Assembly: GCA_963772455.1 (NCBI GenBank)
Contig: CAVYXJ010000013.1
Coordinates: 96,001 to 160,000 of the forward strand
DNA: 64,000 nucleotides
From: Candidatus Bathyarchaeota archaeon
GTDB taxonomy: Archaea; Thermoproteota; Bathyarchaeia; Bathyarchaeales; Bathycorpusculaceae
Reading direction: 5' to 3'
Within the stretch, counting starts at the first letter, position 1. Each line of letters begins with the position of its first letter. Below are positions 19,988 through 30,992 of this stretch, piece by piece. The notes beneath the pieces are model-generated. The model did not search any database, was not told the DNA's origin, and saw only the letters and a program-made list of their open reading frames with translations. The translations under genes and the position numbers were made by a program.

Positions 19988-20953
19988 TTAGGCAGATTCG
20001 CATTTCTGCAAAAGTCGTTGCCAACGTAGATCAGTAGTACTTTGGATTTCATCGATTATGTGCTGGTTCTGAGGCGTGAATAGGTGTCTGAACCTGCCTT
20101 GTCCTTCAAGGTACGCTTTCACTGGTTTCTTTTTCTGCGGTGCTAGAGCAATTAATTTGCTGGGTATTGAAAGTTGTCGTTTGCCGTTTACTGCTTCCCA
20201 GATTGGAAAAACACATGACTCAACGGAAAGCTTGGAGTACTCCATGGTTTTTGCTGGTTCGCTTCTCCAGCCTCTTGGGCAAGGAGCAAAAATATGTAGA
20301 AATGCTGGACCTTCAACTTCCAAGCCTTTACGGACTTTAGTTAGCATGTCTTTCCAATAGTAAGGTGTCGCGGTAGCAACATACTCCATTTCATGAGCTA
20401 ACATTATTTCGGTGATAGGTTTTTTCTTTTCTAACTTGCCAGGATTGACTGAACCAGCTGGGGTTGTGGTTGTTGCTGCGCCAACAGGTGTTGAACTGCT
20501 TCTTTGGATACCAGTATTCATGTATCCTTCGTTGTCATAGAGGATAAAGAGGAAGTCATGTCCACGTTCCACAGCGCCAGACAATGCTTGCAAGCCAATG
20601 TCGTAGGTTCCGCCGTCGCCAGCTAAAGCAATTATATCTATGTGCTCTTGTTTGATTTTGCCTTTTTTACGCATTGCTTTTATGGCTGCGTCAATGCCTG
20701 AAGCGTTTGCAGCGGCATTTTCAAAAGCGGTATGAAGCCAAGGTATTGCCCAAGACGAGTATGGGTAAATGGAGCCAACTATTTCCATACAACCTGTTGC
20801 TTGAGTCACAATTGTTGGTCCACGTGTTGCTTTCATGACCATTCTAAGCATTGCTGCTGGACCGCAGCCTGCACATGCTCTGTGGCCTGACAAGAAAAGG
20901 TCTGGTTTGAGTGCAATATCTTTAGATGTAAATTTCCATTCTTGTGTTGTCAT
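19988..20953 (-). CDS. porB: Pyruvate/2-oxoacid:ferredoxin oxidoreductase beta subunit
   Basis: GHRACAGCG; GDGG...DNEGYMNTGIQRS TPP motif; PCPRGW. Confidence 0.93.
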   Translation of the reverse strand: MTTQEWKFTSKDIALKPDLFLSGHRACAGCGPAAMLRMVMKATRGPTIVTQATGCMEIVGSIYPYSSWAIPWLHTAFENAAANASGIDAAIKAMRKKGKIKQEHIDIIALAGDGGTYDIGLQALSGAVERGHDFLFILYDNEGYMNTGIQRSSSTPVGAATTTTPAGSVNPGKLEKKKPITEIMLAHEMEYVATATPYYWKDMLTKVRKGLEVEGPAFLHIFAPCPRGWRSEPAKTMEYSKLSVESCVFPIWEAVNGKRQLSIPSKLIALAPQKKKPVKAYLEGQGRFRHLFTPQNQHIIDEIQSTTDLRWQRLLQKCESA

Positions 20954-20966
20954 TTTTTTTCCTCCT

Positions 20967-22200
20967 TTACTCTCTTAATCCTAAATAATGCACTTGGTTT
21001 TCCACTTGACCGGTTTTAGCTATTTTTGTTAAATCTTCGAAGACGCGTCTTAGGTCTTTTGGACTATAATCTCTGCCGCCTAATCCAAAAATGTAATTTA
21101 CTATTATTGGGCGTTGTTTTATATCGTAGAGTGCATTTCTGACTTCGTTGAAAACTGCAGCGCCCAAACCACCTGGACTCATGCTTTTATCCATAACTGC
21201 AACAGCTTTAATGTTTTTCAGTGCATTTCTGTAGGTCTTCTGTCGGTAGCGGCCTAAAGGTGCGCAAACGTAGAACTCCAGCTTTCACACCTTCTTCTCT
21301 CAACTGGTCAACTATTACCTTTAGTGTTCCAGCGGTTGAACCTATGCAGACAATTGCGATTTCTGCGTCTTCAAGCTTGTATTCATCGATAAGTCCGTTT
21401 CCGTAGCTTCTGCCGCTGATTTTAGCATATTCAATATTGACCTCTTGTATCTTTTTTAATGCGTTACGCATGCCTTCTTCTTGTTGACGCTTAAACTCGA
21501 AATAGTAGTTCTGTAAAGCGTTGGGACCCATCGTCATGGGGTTTTCAGGGTCAAGTTTGAAAGGAACGGTTTTTCCTTCGTGGGTAAGTACCATTGGAAA
21601 TTGACGTTCGCCAACGAACTTTTTGATTTCGTCTTCTGAGAGCACATCTACTCTTTCAAGAGTGTGACTGATTGTAAAGCCATCTAAACCCACGATTATC
21701 GGCAATGATACGCCAACATCTTCAGCTATTTTGAAGGCTTGAACAATTGAGTCGTAGGCTTCTTGTGCATTTTCAACATAAATGTGAATCCATCCACTGT
21801 CTCGTTCGGCCATACTGTCGGAGTGGTCACCGTGAATGTTTAGCGGTGCAGAAAGCGCACGATTAGCTACTGCCATTACTACTGGTGCTCGTGAACCCGA
21901 TGTCACAAAAAGCATTTCATGCATTAACGCTAATCCTGCTGAGGCGCTTGCAGTAAAAGTTCTTGCTCCTGTTGCAGATGCTGCAAGGCAAGCTGTCATA
22001 GCACTGTGTTCTGATTCAGTGCAGACAAATTCAGTTAGCACTTCCCCGTTGGCGACGTATTCACTGAATTTTTCAACAATAATTGTTTGGGGAGTGATTG
22101 GGTAAGCTGCAACCACGTCAACGTCGCATTGTTTAACCGCGAAGGCAACTGCTTCGTCACCATTCATTGCCATTGTTTCTTGTTTTGGTTTTTGCGTCAT
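20967..22200 (-). CDS. porA: Pyruvate/2-oxoacid:ferredoxin oxidoreductase alpha subunit (apparent +1 frameshift near 21225)
   Basis: AYPITPQT, ESEHSA; ORFs 21208-22200 and 20967-21194 join as EDLQNALKNIKAVAVMDKSM if one A is removed. Confidence 0.9.
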
Positions 22201-22203
22201 TTC

Positions 22204-22488
22204 TTATTCCTCGGGCATTTTCATTGTTATCGCTTTTGCTTGGCATTCGTTAGCGCATATTCCGCAGCCTTTGCAGTAATTGTAGTCAATCTCAACTTTG
22301 CCCATTTCGGGACGCCATTTTATTGCACCCTCAGGGCAAACCATTACACATGTCAGGCAGATAGTGCATTTCTCTAGGTCGCGAATAGGCATGTAAGTTT
22401 TCCAGTCTCCAGTCATGAATCCTATGCTGGATTTCGGGGGAACGCCGGCTATGGATATTTCTTTCCAAGTTTTTTCTTTACTACTCAT
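22204..22488 (-). CDS. porD: 2-oxoacid:ferredoxin oxidoreductase delta subunit
   Basis: TGDWKT; two CxxCxxCxxxC ferredoxin motifs. Confidence 0.92.
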   Translation of the reverse strand: MSSKEKTWKEISIAGVPPKSSIGFMTGDWKTYMPIRDLEKCTICLTCVMVCPEGAIKWRPEMGKVEIDYNYCKGCGICANECQAKAITMKMPEE

Positions 22489-23048
22489 TCAACTTTTGCC
22501 TCCTTGTAAGCTTCCTTAATAACTGCAAAGTTTTTCTCAGCCAAATCAGGTCGGAAACGACCCTTCAGGGTTTTCTCAATACCTTCCAAAGTAACTATGC
22601 CAGTGGCTTTAGCAACAACACCCAAAAGTGCGGTGTTTGTTATTGGAGCACCCAAAATTCTAAGAGCAATTTCGGTTGCTGGGACCGTCCAAACTTTGCC
22701 TTTAGTAACCCCGAGGTTTTTCTTTAAAACTGCAGGTTCTTCACTGGAGTTAATAATTAGAGAATCGTCATCTCGGTTTAATCCAGAAGTAACATGGACG
22801 GATTTAAGTAAGGTGTTGTCTAAAACAATGACAACGTCTGGGTTATAGATCGCACAATGTAATCTTATTGGTTCAGTGCTTATTCTTGTAAAAGCAGTTA
22901 CTGGGGCACCCATTCGTTCAGGCCCAAATTCTGGGAAAGATTGAATGTATTTGCCTTCGTCAAGGGCTGTTCGAGCCAAAAGTTCGCTGGCTGTCCAAGC
23001 GCCTTGCCCGCCTCTACCATGCCACCTAAACTCCATCATAGTTTTCAA
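22485..23048 (-). CDS. porC: 2-oxoacid:ferredoxin oxidoreductase gamma subunit
   Basis: HGRGGQGA, FPEFGPERMGAPV. Confidence 0.93.
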   Translation of the reverse strand: MKTMMEFRWHGRGGQGAWTASELLARTALDEGKYIQSFPEFGPERMGAPVTAFTRISTEPIRLHCAIYNPDVVIVLDNTLLKSVHVTSGLNRDDDSLIINSSEEPAVLKKNLGVTKGKVWTVPATEIALRILGAPITNTALLGVVAKATGIVTLEGIEKTLKGRFRPDLAEKNFAVIKEAYKEAKVE

Positions 23049-23326
23049 AACTTATTCCCCTCGCTAAGTCTTTTCTAGCTAAATTGACGCATACCTTGAT
23101 ATACATTTTTGTGTCGAAACGCAAAAACACTTCAATTTAATGTAAAAATAACAAGAGGTTAAATTGACATAAAAACCGTCAACACCACCGCTTAAAGGGT
23201 CAAAAAGTTTATCGATTTGAACATTTTCCTTTTTCATTTGAGCAATAAAGTTATATTTTACTATTGACTGACTAGATTTTTGGTTCAAGAGGCTGTTTTT
23301 GATATGACTAAAATGGGGAACAGCAA

Positions 23327-24790
23327 GTGCCAGATGTGATTTTAACCGCAGACAGAACATTAATGAGCAATTATCATAGCAACGAATTTCTAGGATTCGG
23401 AACCTGCGCTCCCCCAAACTTTCTTCCAGAATGGCTCTACAGCTACCTTTTCTTTCCACCAATAAAAACAACCAAGGGTCAACCCTTAACTGCCCCGTAT
23501 GGTTTGAGAAAGACTGAAGCTCAACTTCTAAAAGAAGGTTTTACAGTTGAAACAATAAGCCCAAACCACATAGGAAACAGCCTGAAAGAAACAAAGGTGC
23601 TGGGCATTCATGCTATGGACCCTTTTGGTTTAGGTCCAGCTTCAACAACCCTCGCATTTATATTCAAAAAAGAACCCTACCTTGCAAAACATTTTCAAGC
23701 ATTACTAAAAAGCCCAGCTATTAAGAAGGCTAAACAAAACGGATTAAAAATCATTGTTGGTGGACCTGGCGCCTGGCAGTTTCAATATCGAGAGAACGCT
23801 ACTAATGAGTTAGGTATTGACTGCATCGTTGAAGGGGAAGCAGAAAACATATTGGGAAAACTATTCAGGTCAGCTATTGAAGGGCAAGAACTTCCCAGTC
23901 ACTACGAAGTCGGCGTTGGTGAGGTTCCATGTTTGGAAGAAATCCCAGACATCGTTTCACCATCTATTAACGGTTTAATTGAGATTGGAAGAGGCTGTTG
24001 TCGAGGATGCCAATTCTGCAACGTTACTCAAAGACCCTTAAGGTGGTACCCAATTGAAAAAATAGATCGCGAATTAAACGTTAATCTTAATTCAGGAAAA
24101 GTATCTGCTGTTTGCCTCCATTCAGAAGATGTTATGCTTTATGGATCAAACAATACAACATCTAATTATGATAAACTTGTAGAATTGCACGAATTAGTTA
24201 TGAAGAAAGTAGATAGCTTAAGCTGGAGCCATTGCTCGCTTGCAGCTGTTGCATCTTCACCTAAGCTTTTTTCGAAGTTATCAGAAATTATTTTGGAGAA
24301 ACAGACTTGGTGGGGCGCCGAGGTAGGTATAGAAACTGGTTCTCCTGAAGTGGCTAAAAAAATTATGCCTGCAAAGGCTCATCCATTTAAGGCTGAAGAT
24401 TGGCATGACGTGGTCGTTAATGGAATGGGTTTAATGCATGATAACAAGTTGGTTCCTGCTTGTACCTTGATTGTCGGATTACCTGATGAACAAGAAGAAG
24501 ATGTTATAAAAACAATGGATTTAGTTGCCGACTTAAAAGATATGCGAAGCCTTATTGTTCCCTTATTTTTCGTGCCTCTTGGAAAATTGAAGAGCGAAGA
24601 CTGGTTTACAAATACTCAACTAAACAAGTTACACAAACAGCTTCTGTTACAATGTGTTGAACACGACTTTCACTGGGTTGATAACTTGCTTGACTGGACT
24701 TTTTCTGGCAAATGGTATTCTCGAATAATGAAGGATTTCTACAAGGGTTTCTCAGCTATTGCAAAGCATAAAGTTAGGCAAATAGAATAA
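23327..24790 (+). CDS. B12-binding-domain radical SAM protein
   Basis: APYGLRK, MDPFGLGP, IIVGGPGAWQ, GRGCCRGCQFC, GIETGS. Confidence 0.85.
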   Translation: MPDVILTADRTLMSNYHSNEFLGFGTCAPPNFLPEWLYSYLFFPPIKTTKGQPLTAPYGLRKTEAQLLKEGFTVETISPNHIGNSLKETKVLGIHAMDPFGLGPASTTLAFIFKKEPYLAKHFQALLKSPAIKKAKQNGLKIIVGGPGAWQFQYRENATNELGIDCIVEGEAENILGKLFRSAIEGQELPSHYEVGVGEVPCLEEIPDIVSPSINGLIEIGRGCCRGCQFCNVTQRPLRWYPIEKIDRELNVNLNSGKVSAVCLHSEDVMLYGSNNTTSNYDKLVELHELVMKKVDSLSWSHCSLAAVASSPKLFSKLSEIILEKQTWWGAEVGIETGSPEVAKKIMPAKAHPFKAEDWHDVVVNGMGLMHDNKLVPACTLIVGLPDEQEEDVIKTMDLVADLKDMRSLIVPLFFVPLGKLKSEDWFTNTQLNKLHKQLLLQCVEHDFHWVDNLLDWTFSGKWYSRIMKDFYKGFSAIAKHKVRQIE

Positions 24791-24857
24791 ACATTTTTAA
24801 AACAACTAAATTTAAATACTCTTGTTGAACTGAAAGAGGAAGAAGAACCAGTGGGTT

Positions 24858-24934
24858 GCCGCTGTTGCATAGCCCGGTAGTGCGACTGACTGTTAATCAG
24901 TAGGTCAAAGGTTCGAGTCCTTTCAGCGGCGCCA
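24858..24934 (+). tRNA. tRNA-Asn(GTT), CCA encoded
   Basis: Acceptor GCCGCTG/CAGCGGC+GCCA; anticodon arm ACTGA-CTGTTAA-TCAGT; T-loop GTTCGAGTC. Confidence 0.93.
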
Positions 24935-25267
24935 ATCTCCATCTACTTTCATACTGAATTTACCGCTTTTTTCCTTTTTATTTCAGATGTTTCAAAATAT
25001 TTGCTACTAAAGCATTTTGTGGTGCAAGGTTAAAAATGGTTGTAGTCTAGTTTGGTCTAGGCTTCGATGGCGTTAACTCCATTTCACTTCTGACTTTCTT
25101 CAAAAACTTTGTTTTCTTTTGAAATTAGGTGTGAATAAGGTTGTTTTTTTTTAAATGGTCTGTTGCTTGTTGTAGTGGCGAGGCTACAGCACGACTTTAT
25201 ATCTTCAATCGTCACTCTTAATATTGATTAGATTCAGTTTTGAACTGTTCTAAAGAGGTGAAATATT

Positions 25268-25582
25268 TTGAACAGAAAAATCTTCCATGGAGCCATTCTC
25301 GAAAGTATCCTACTCGACCTCATAAGCGAAACATCCGAACGCGGCCTACACGGCTACGCCATCTTGAAGGCAGTGGATAAAAAATTCGGAATACACTTGG
25401 GCGCATCAACTATATACCCTGAACTTAAGCGTTTGGAGAAACATGGGCTTATTGGTTCAAGTTGGGAGTTCGTTCTGGGAAAAGCTCGAAGGCAATATCG
25501 AATTACGAGGAAAGGGAGGAGTCTGCTTATGGCATATTTTGTGGAGTTAAAAGCTGTTATCCCAGTTTTTGTTACCTGCTAA
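25268..25582 (+). CDS. PadR family transcriptional regulator
   Basis: HGYAI, STIYPELKRLEKHGLI, RRQYRITRKG. Confidence 0.9.
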   Translation: MNRKIFHGAILESILLDLISETSERGLHGYAILKAVDKKFGIHLGASTIYPELKRLEKHGLIGSSWEFVLGKARRQYRITRKGRSLLMAYFVELKAVIPVFVTC

Positions 25583-26021
25583 ACTGAAGGCTGTTTAGTT
25601 GCATTGAATGAATAAGATTATCTGTTTCTAAATTTTGAAGATTTGCAGAAACATACTGTATGGAAACAGTTATGCGTTTTCGGCTAAAGATGCTTCTTAT
25701 TTCGTTGTTTATTTTTGAATCGTTTATGCCTTTACTTGCATGCACAAAACGATGCTGATCAGGCGAAGAGTGACTGTTTGGTGTTAGGGTCATACATTCT
25801 GATGTTATGCTGTTTTATGAGGTCTGCTTTGACGATCAAGTTTTGGACTAGTTTGCGTAGATGTTTTGCGGTTATGGATTTTGTTTTGCGTCTCATTTCG
25901 TCTCGGATTAGGGTGATTCGCCAATTAGTTCTTCGAGCGGCATTTTGAGTGTTCCTTTTCCTCTGCGCTATATGGAACAAAAAAGTTAAATTCTAAAAAC
26001 ACCTTGGTTGCATGATTTCAC

Positions 26022-26645
26022 ATGCCTTATTGCGAAAACTGTGGACACCAATTAAATCCAAACGCTAATTTCTGCGGAAACTGCGGAAACCAACAAAAAC
26101 AGCAAGTCCAACATTTTCCACCTCCCCCTCCACCACCTACATTTATGCCTCAAATTGAACAAGTCAAGACATTAAACTCAATTAGTCAAGTTGGCACTGA
26201 ACAAATTTTAAGCTTTATTATTGCTCAAAAATCAAAGAGATTCGGAAATGCAGACTATTACACGGGCATTCTAACTAATCAACAGCTAATTTTTGTTCCA
26301 ATTACTAAAGAGATACTCAAAGAAATCTCTGAAATATCAAAGCAGCAGGCGAAAAGAAAACAAGGTCCAGAACCGATAACATATCCCTATCAACAAAGAT
26401 ACCTCTCAATGTCGCCTTCGGCAATATTGGCTAGTATTCCAGGTTGCATCGTAATTCAACATAGTTCTATCCAGGAAGTCAACTTGGCAGTAGTTGGCTC
26501 GATTGGCGATGGATATTCAGATACCAATGAGTATGAATTGAAAATTACTTCTAGTTTGGGAAATTATGTTTTTCAAATGACTAAAAGAGACGAATATGCT
26601 AGCAGGCTAAAGCAAATCTACCAAAATAAGTTAAGATTGCGGTAA
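26022..26645 (+). CDS. Zinc-ribbon domain protein with poly-Pro linker
   Basis: MPYCENCG...FCGNCG; run of 7 Pro. Confidence 0.78.
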   Translation: MPYCENCGHQLNPNANFCGNCGNQQKQQVQHFPPPPPPPTFMPQIEQVKTLNSISQVGTEQILSFIIAQKSKRFGNADYYTGILTNQQLIFVPITKEILKEISEISKQQAKRKQGPEPITYPYQQRYLSMSPSAILASIPGCIVIQHSSIQEVNLAVVGSIGDGYSDTNEYELKITSSLGNYVFQMTKRDEYASRLKQIYQNKLRLR

Positions 26646-26795
26646 GTCAAAAAAATTCTCGTTTGAGCCTTTAGATCTTAACCCGCAAAGTCCAGCTGCT
26701 ATTCAAGAGGTTCAAAAATTTTTCTTAATTTTAGAACGAAATTTCTGCAATACGGTTATATAATTGCGCAAGTTAGCTTCTTTGAGGTTGTTGTT

Positions 26796-27167
26796 TTGTC
26801 TGAAGTTACTTGGAATAAACCTGTCTTATGCATTTTTAAAGAACGTGACGTTAACCCTGAAGTTGATCCCTTCGTTGTTGTCAAAGCAAAAAAGCTAACG
26901 ATAAATAAAAGCGCAGAAGCAAAGTATTCTGGCAGCATAACGGATTTTTTCACTCTAATGGGCGACGCTGACTACTTAACAACAAAAGAAGGTTTAGCTG
27001 ATCACTATGTTATATGCTGGTTTGACGATACCGAGCCCGATACAACTAAAGATTTGAGGCGAATGAGGGGTGTCTCGTTCAAAGCCAAAGCCACCTGCGT
27101 AATAAATGAAAGCGGAAAAAGAACATATAATGCTACTTTTAACGCTGTGCATGCTAAACTTAAATGA
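26796..27167 (+). CDS. Hypothetical protein
   Basis: 123-aa ORF with GAGGT SD; no recognisable motif. Confidence 0.6.
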   Translation: MSEVTWNKPVLCIFKERDVNPEVDPFVVVKAKKLTINKSAEAKYSGSITDFFTLMGDADYLTTKEGLADHYVICWFDDTEPDTTKDLRRMRGVSFKAKATCVINESGKRTYNATFNAVHAKLK

Positions 27168-27327
27168 CTAATTTTTATTCACCTAACTTTATTAGGTAAC
27201 CAATTACCGTTCTTTTACAATTACAATTTAACATCCTAACTGATGAGTTAATGGTGAATTTTACAAAGTTTTTTAACCTACTCTTAAATATAACAGGATA
27301 AATTTCTATTGGGTAAGGTTGTAGGCC

Positions 27328-27729
27328 ATGGTGGAGCAAATATTAAGTGCTACTCTAATCACTGGTAGAACGATAGATCAAGGCGTAGGAAAAGAGATGG
27401 GGAAAGGCTCCAAAGAATACTTTGATAGTAGTTCAGTTTGCTTCATAGATAAATCTGACATGCTAAAACTTGGTATAAAAAGCGGAACAAATGTTCAAGT
27501 GACCTCTAAGTACGGTTCTGTCATCGTTAAAGCAGTAAAATTTCCAAGCGGAATCACACCTGGAATGGTTTTTATACCATGCGGTTTGTGGGCAAATGCA
27601 ATATGTGGCGACGAAACTTTCGGAATGGGCATGCCTATTTTTAAGGGGTTTCCAGTTGAAGTCAAAGCTGCCCCAAATGAAGCTGTCTTAACCCTTGATG
27701 AGCTTCTAATGAAAGAATATGGACGGTAA
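27328..27729 (+). CDS. fwdD: Formylmethanofuran dehydrogenase subunit D
   Basis: LITGRTIDQG, GMVFIPCGLWAN, GMPIFKG. Confidence 0.9.
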   Translation: MVEQILSATLITGRTIDQGVGKEMGKGSKEYFDSSSVCFIDKSDMLKLGIKSGTNVQVTSKYGSVIVKAVKFPSGITPGMVFIPCGLWANAICGDETFGMGMPIFKGFPVEVKAAPNEAVLTLDELLMKEYGR

Positions 27730-27734
27730 TTATT

Positions 27735-29294
27735 ATGAAAGAAATAAAATCCGTTGTTTGTCCAATATGCGGCTGCTTATGTGATGATTTGGAAGTTACT
27801 GTGGAAAATAACGAAATTGTAAAAATGAAAAATGGCTGTGCTCAATGTGAAGCCAAAATGGTTCACGGGTACAAAAGCGATGAAAGAATTCTAAAACCAA
27901 TGATAAGAAAAGACGGCAAGTTAGTTCCTGTTTCCATGGATGAAGCCGTTCACAAAGCAGCTCAAATTCTCACCGACGCAAAGTATCCACTTCTATTCGG
28001 CTGGAGCAGCTCAACTAGCGAAGCGCAGCGAGTGGGTGTAGAATTAGCTGAAGAATTAGGCTCAGCATTAGATAACTGCTGCAGCGTTTGTCATGGACCA
28101 TCAGTTATGGCTGAACAAGAAATCGGTATCCCTTCATGTACTCTTGGACAAATTAGACACCGTGCAGACCTAGTAATTTACTGGGCATGCGACCCATGGG
28201 CTTCACACCCAAGACACCTTGAAAGATACACCAGTTTTACTGAAGGTCGCTTTGAAGGTAGCCAATGGAAAAATTACATGCAAAAGTTGAAGGGTGAGGC
28301 AAGCATGAAAAAGGTGGACGCTGCTTCAAAACTAATAACGGGCAGCACTATTCCTACTTTTCGTTCAAAGGCATGTGCTATCGATTCTCCCAACGCTCCA
28401 CCTCAAACAATGCAGAAAGATGGACGTAAATTAATTGTTGTTGACGTAAGAAAAACAATAACAGCAGAAGCAGCTGATTATTTCCTTCAGGTAGAACCAA
28501 ACAAAGATTATGAAATACTAGACTCCATGAGATGTTTAATAGCTGACCAAGAACTGGATGTTGACAAGGTTGGTGGTGTTCCAGTTGAATATCTTAAAGA
28601 AGTTACAGACGCAATGGTAAATTGCGATTTTGGCGTCATTTTCTTTGGTCTAGGCTTAACTCAAAGCGCAGGCAGATTCAGAAACATTGAAATAGCAATC
28701 GCAATGACACGTGACCTTAACAGAAAAACCAAGTTCGTTATTTCACCCATGCGTGGACATTTCAACGTGACTGGTGCAAACATAGTTTTCGCTTGGCAAA
28801 CAGGCTATCCATATGCACTTGATTTCTCACAAGGATATCCACAATACAACCCTGGAGAATTCACAGCAATTGATTTACTCAATCGCGGCGACAACGATGC
28901 GACCCTAGTTATTTCCTCAGATCCAGGTGCAAACTTCCCAAAGGGAGCAATGCAAAAAATGATGCAGCACCCGATAATCACAATCAACCCAGACATGAAC
29001 GCAATCTCAAGACTTGGCGATGTAGTGTTTCCAACTCAGTGGTGCGGAATAGAATACGAGGGAACCGCTTACCGCATGGATCTAGTACCAATAATGCTCC
29101 ATAAAGTTGTTGAGCCACCAAAAGGCATTCTAAACGACGAAGAACTATTAAAGAAAATACTAGACGAAGTTCGAGCAATCAAAGCTAAAAATCCAGAAAC
29201 AGAAACTAAAGCCGAACTCAAAGCACGCAACAAACTAGCACCCAGGATCGAAATTAAACAAAGAAAGAAAACAAAAAAAGCAGAGGTTGCTTAA
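27735..29294 (+). CDS. fwdB: Formylmethanofuran dehydrogenase subunit B (Cys-ligand form)
   Basis: CPICGCLCDD, SVCHGPS, TLGQIRHRAD, PMRGHFNVTG, WQTGYP. Confidence 0.93.
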   Translation: MKEIKSVVCPICGCLCDDLEVTVENNEIVKMKNGCAQCEAKMVHGYKSDERILKPMIRKDGKLVPVSMDEAVHKAAQILTDAKYPLLFGWSSSTSEAQRVGVELAEELGSALDNCCSVCHGPSVMAEQEIGIPSCTLGQIRHRADLVIYWACDPWASHPRHLERYTSFTEGRFEGSQWKNYMQKLKGEASMKKVDAASKLITGSTIPTFRSKACAIDSPNAPPQTMQKDGRKLIVVDVRKTITAEAADYFLQVEPNKDYEILDSMRCLIADQELDVDKVGGVPVEYLKEVTDAMVNCDFGVIFFGLGLTQSAGRFRNIEIAIAMTRDLNRKTKFVISPMRGHFNVTGANIVFAWQTGYPYALDFSQGYPQYNPGEFTAIDLLNRGDNDATLVISSDPGANFPKGAMQKMMQHPIITINPDMNAISRLGDVVFPTQWCGIEYEGTAYRMDLVPIMLHKVVEPPKGILNDEELLKKILDEVRAIKAKNPETETKAELKARNKLAPRIEIKQRKKTKKAEVA

Positions 29295-30992
29295 ATGACT
29301 GAACTACTAATAAAAAACGGCTTCGTCTTTGACCCTATTAACAAGATTAACGGGGAAAAAATGGACATAGCCATCAAAGACGGCAAAATCGTCCAAAAAG
29401 TCAAAAGCAAAGCCCAAGTAATTGATGCCTCAGGCTTGACTGTCATGCCGGGCGGCGTTGACATTCATACCCACATTGCAGGTGGGGAAGTTAACACCGG
29501 CAGAATAATTCGCCCAGATGACCATATAAAAGACGTGGAGCGCAAAACAGTCATGACTCGCAGCGGCACAGGCTACTCAATTCCCTCCACTTTTACAACT
29601 GGTTACCGTTATTCTCGTATGGGATATACAACCGTTATGAATCCATCAATGGCTCCACTCCAAGCTAAACATACCCATGAAGAATTAAATGACATACCAT
29701 TGCTAGACAAAGCTACTTACCCGCTTCTTGGCGACTGGTGGTTTGTTTTAGAAAACCTAGCAAAAGGCAAAATTGAAGAATGCGCTAAACATGTCGCTTG
29801 GATGCTAGATATAACCAAAGGGTACGCAATAAAAATAGTTAATCCCGGAGGCTTGGAATCTTGGGGTTTTGGACACAACGTCCACAGCATCGACGATCAA
29901 GTGCCTAACTTCTGCATTACCCCACGCGAAATCATAACAGGCTTAGCCAGAGTTAACGCTATGCTCAACCTGCCTCATTCTATACATCTTCACACCAACA
30001 ACCTTGGATTACCAGGCAACTACACAACTACCCTAGAATCAATGAAGGCACTAGAAAGTGTACCTTACAACGGTAAACCAGTTGGCCATATTACCCACTT
30101 GCAATTCGCTAGTTTTGCTGGCGATGGCTGGGCACACTTCCAATCAGCCTCAGAAGAAATCTCAAGTTACATCAACGCCCACAACCACTTGACTTTTGAC
30201 ATGGGACAAATAATATTCACAGACACAACAACTATGACTGCTGATGGACCCTTCGAATTTTCACTCTACGAGTTAGGCGGCCATAACAAATGGGTTAACA
30301 GCGACATTGAAACCGAAACCAGTGGAGGAATAATACCCTTCACATACAAGAAAAAAAGCCCAGTTAACGCTTTACAATGGTCCATCGGGTTAGAATTAGC
30401 CTTACTCATAAAAGACCCATGGAAAATGTTCATGTCGACCGACCACCCCAACGCTGGACCTTTCTTTGCCTACCCAAGAGTACTCGCTTGGCTCTACAGC
30501 AAGAAAGCACGCGAAATAACTCTGAAACACTGTCACAAGAAAGCTCAGAAAAAGAGTTTGCTTCCATCAATCGATCGTGAAATGTCACTATATGAAATAG
30601 CAATTATGACCCGTGCAGGACAAGCCAAAGCCTTGGGACTCACCAACAAGGGTCAACTCGGCGTAGGTGCAGACGCAGATGTTGCGATCTATAACATTAA
30701 CCCCGAAAAACTCGACATAGCTCAACAGTTCAAGGTTGCACGCAAAGCCTTCAAACACGCAACTTACACAATTAAAGATGGCACAATCGTCGTTAAAGAC
30801 GGCGAAGTAGTAAACAACCAAACGCCGGGTAGAACCATGTGGCTTGATGTGCAAACAAAGGATCCATGTGTGATTGACGATGAAATGAAACGCAAATTCA
30901 AACAATACTGGACAGTTGAATATGACAATTACCCAGTGTTCGAGCATTACCTCCATGTTCCACAGAAACTAACCGTAAAGGCAAGTGTCTAA
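29295..30992 (+). CDS. fwdA: Formylmethanofuran dehydrogenase subunit A
   Basis: DIHTHIAG, KIVNPGG, HLHTNNLG, TMTADGP, STDHPNAGPF. Confidence 0.95.
   Translation: MTELLIKNGFVFDPINKINGEKMDIAIKDGKIVQKVKSKAQVIDASGLTVMPGGVDIHTHIAGGEVNTGRIIRPDDHIKDVERKTVMTRSGTGYSIPSTFTTGYRYSRMGYTTVMNPSMAPLQAKHTHEELNDIPLLDKATYPLLGDWWFVLENLAKGKIEECAKHVAWMLDITKGYAIKIVNPGGLESWGFGHNVHSIDDQVPNFCITPREIITGLARVNAMLNLPHSIHLHTNNLGLPGNYTTTLESMKALESVPYNGKPVGHITHLQFASFAGDGWAHFQSASEEISSYINAHNHLTFDMGQIIFTDTTTMTADGPFEFSLYELGGHNKWVNSDIETETSGGIIPFTYKKKSPVNALQWSIGLELALLIKDPWKMFMSTDHPNAGPFFAYPRVLAWLYSKKAREITLKHCHKKAQKKSLLPSIDREMSLYEIAIMTRAGQAKALGLTNKGQLGVGADADVAIYNINPEKLDIAQQFKVARKAFKHATYTIKDGTIVVKDGEVVNNQTPGRTMWLDVQTKDPCVIDDEMKRKFKQYWTVEYDNYPVFEHYLHVPQKLTVKASV

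Noticed and set aside
21200-21240. Programmed frameshift in porA or the other split genes
   Set aside because: No shared slippery motif across sites; uniform +1 insertions fit sequencing error better.
25572-25980. Short ORFs in the PadR / zinc-ribbon spacer, and antisense ORFs throughout the track
   Set aside because: No motifs or SD; most overlap well-supported genes on the opposite strand.
24935-27200. Integrated element after tRNA-Asn (PadR, zinc-ribbon genes)
   Set aside because: No integrase, tRNA 3' duplication or other mobile genes seen.
28075-28102. Possible Sec ligand in FwdB
   Set aside because: The ligand codon is TGT (SVCHGP).
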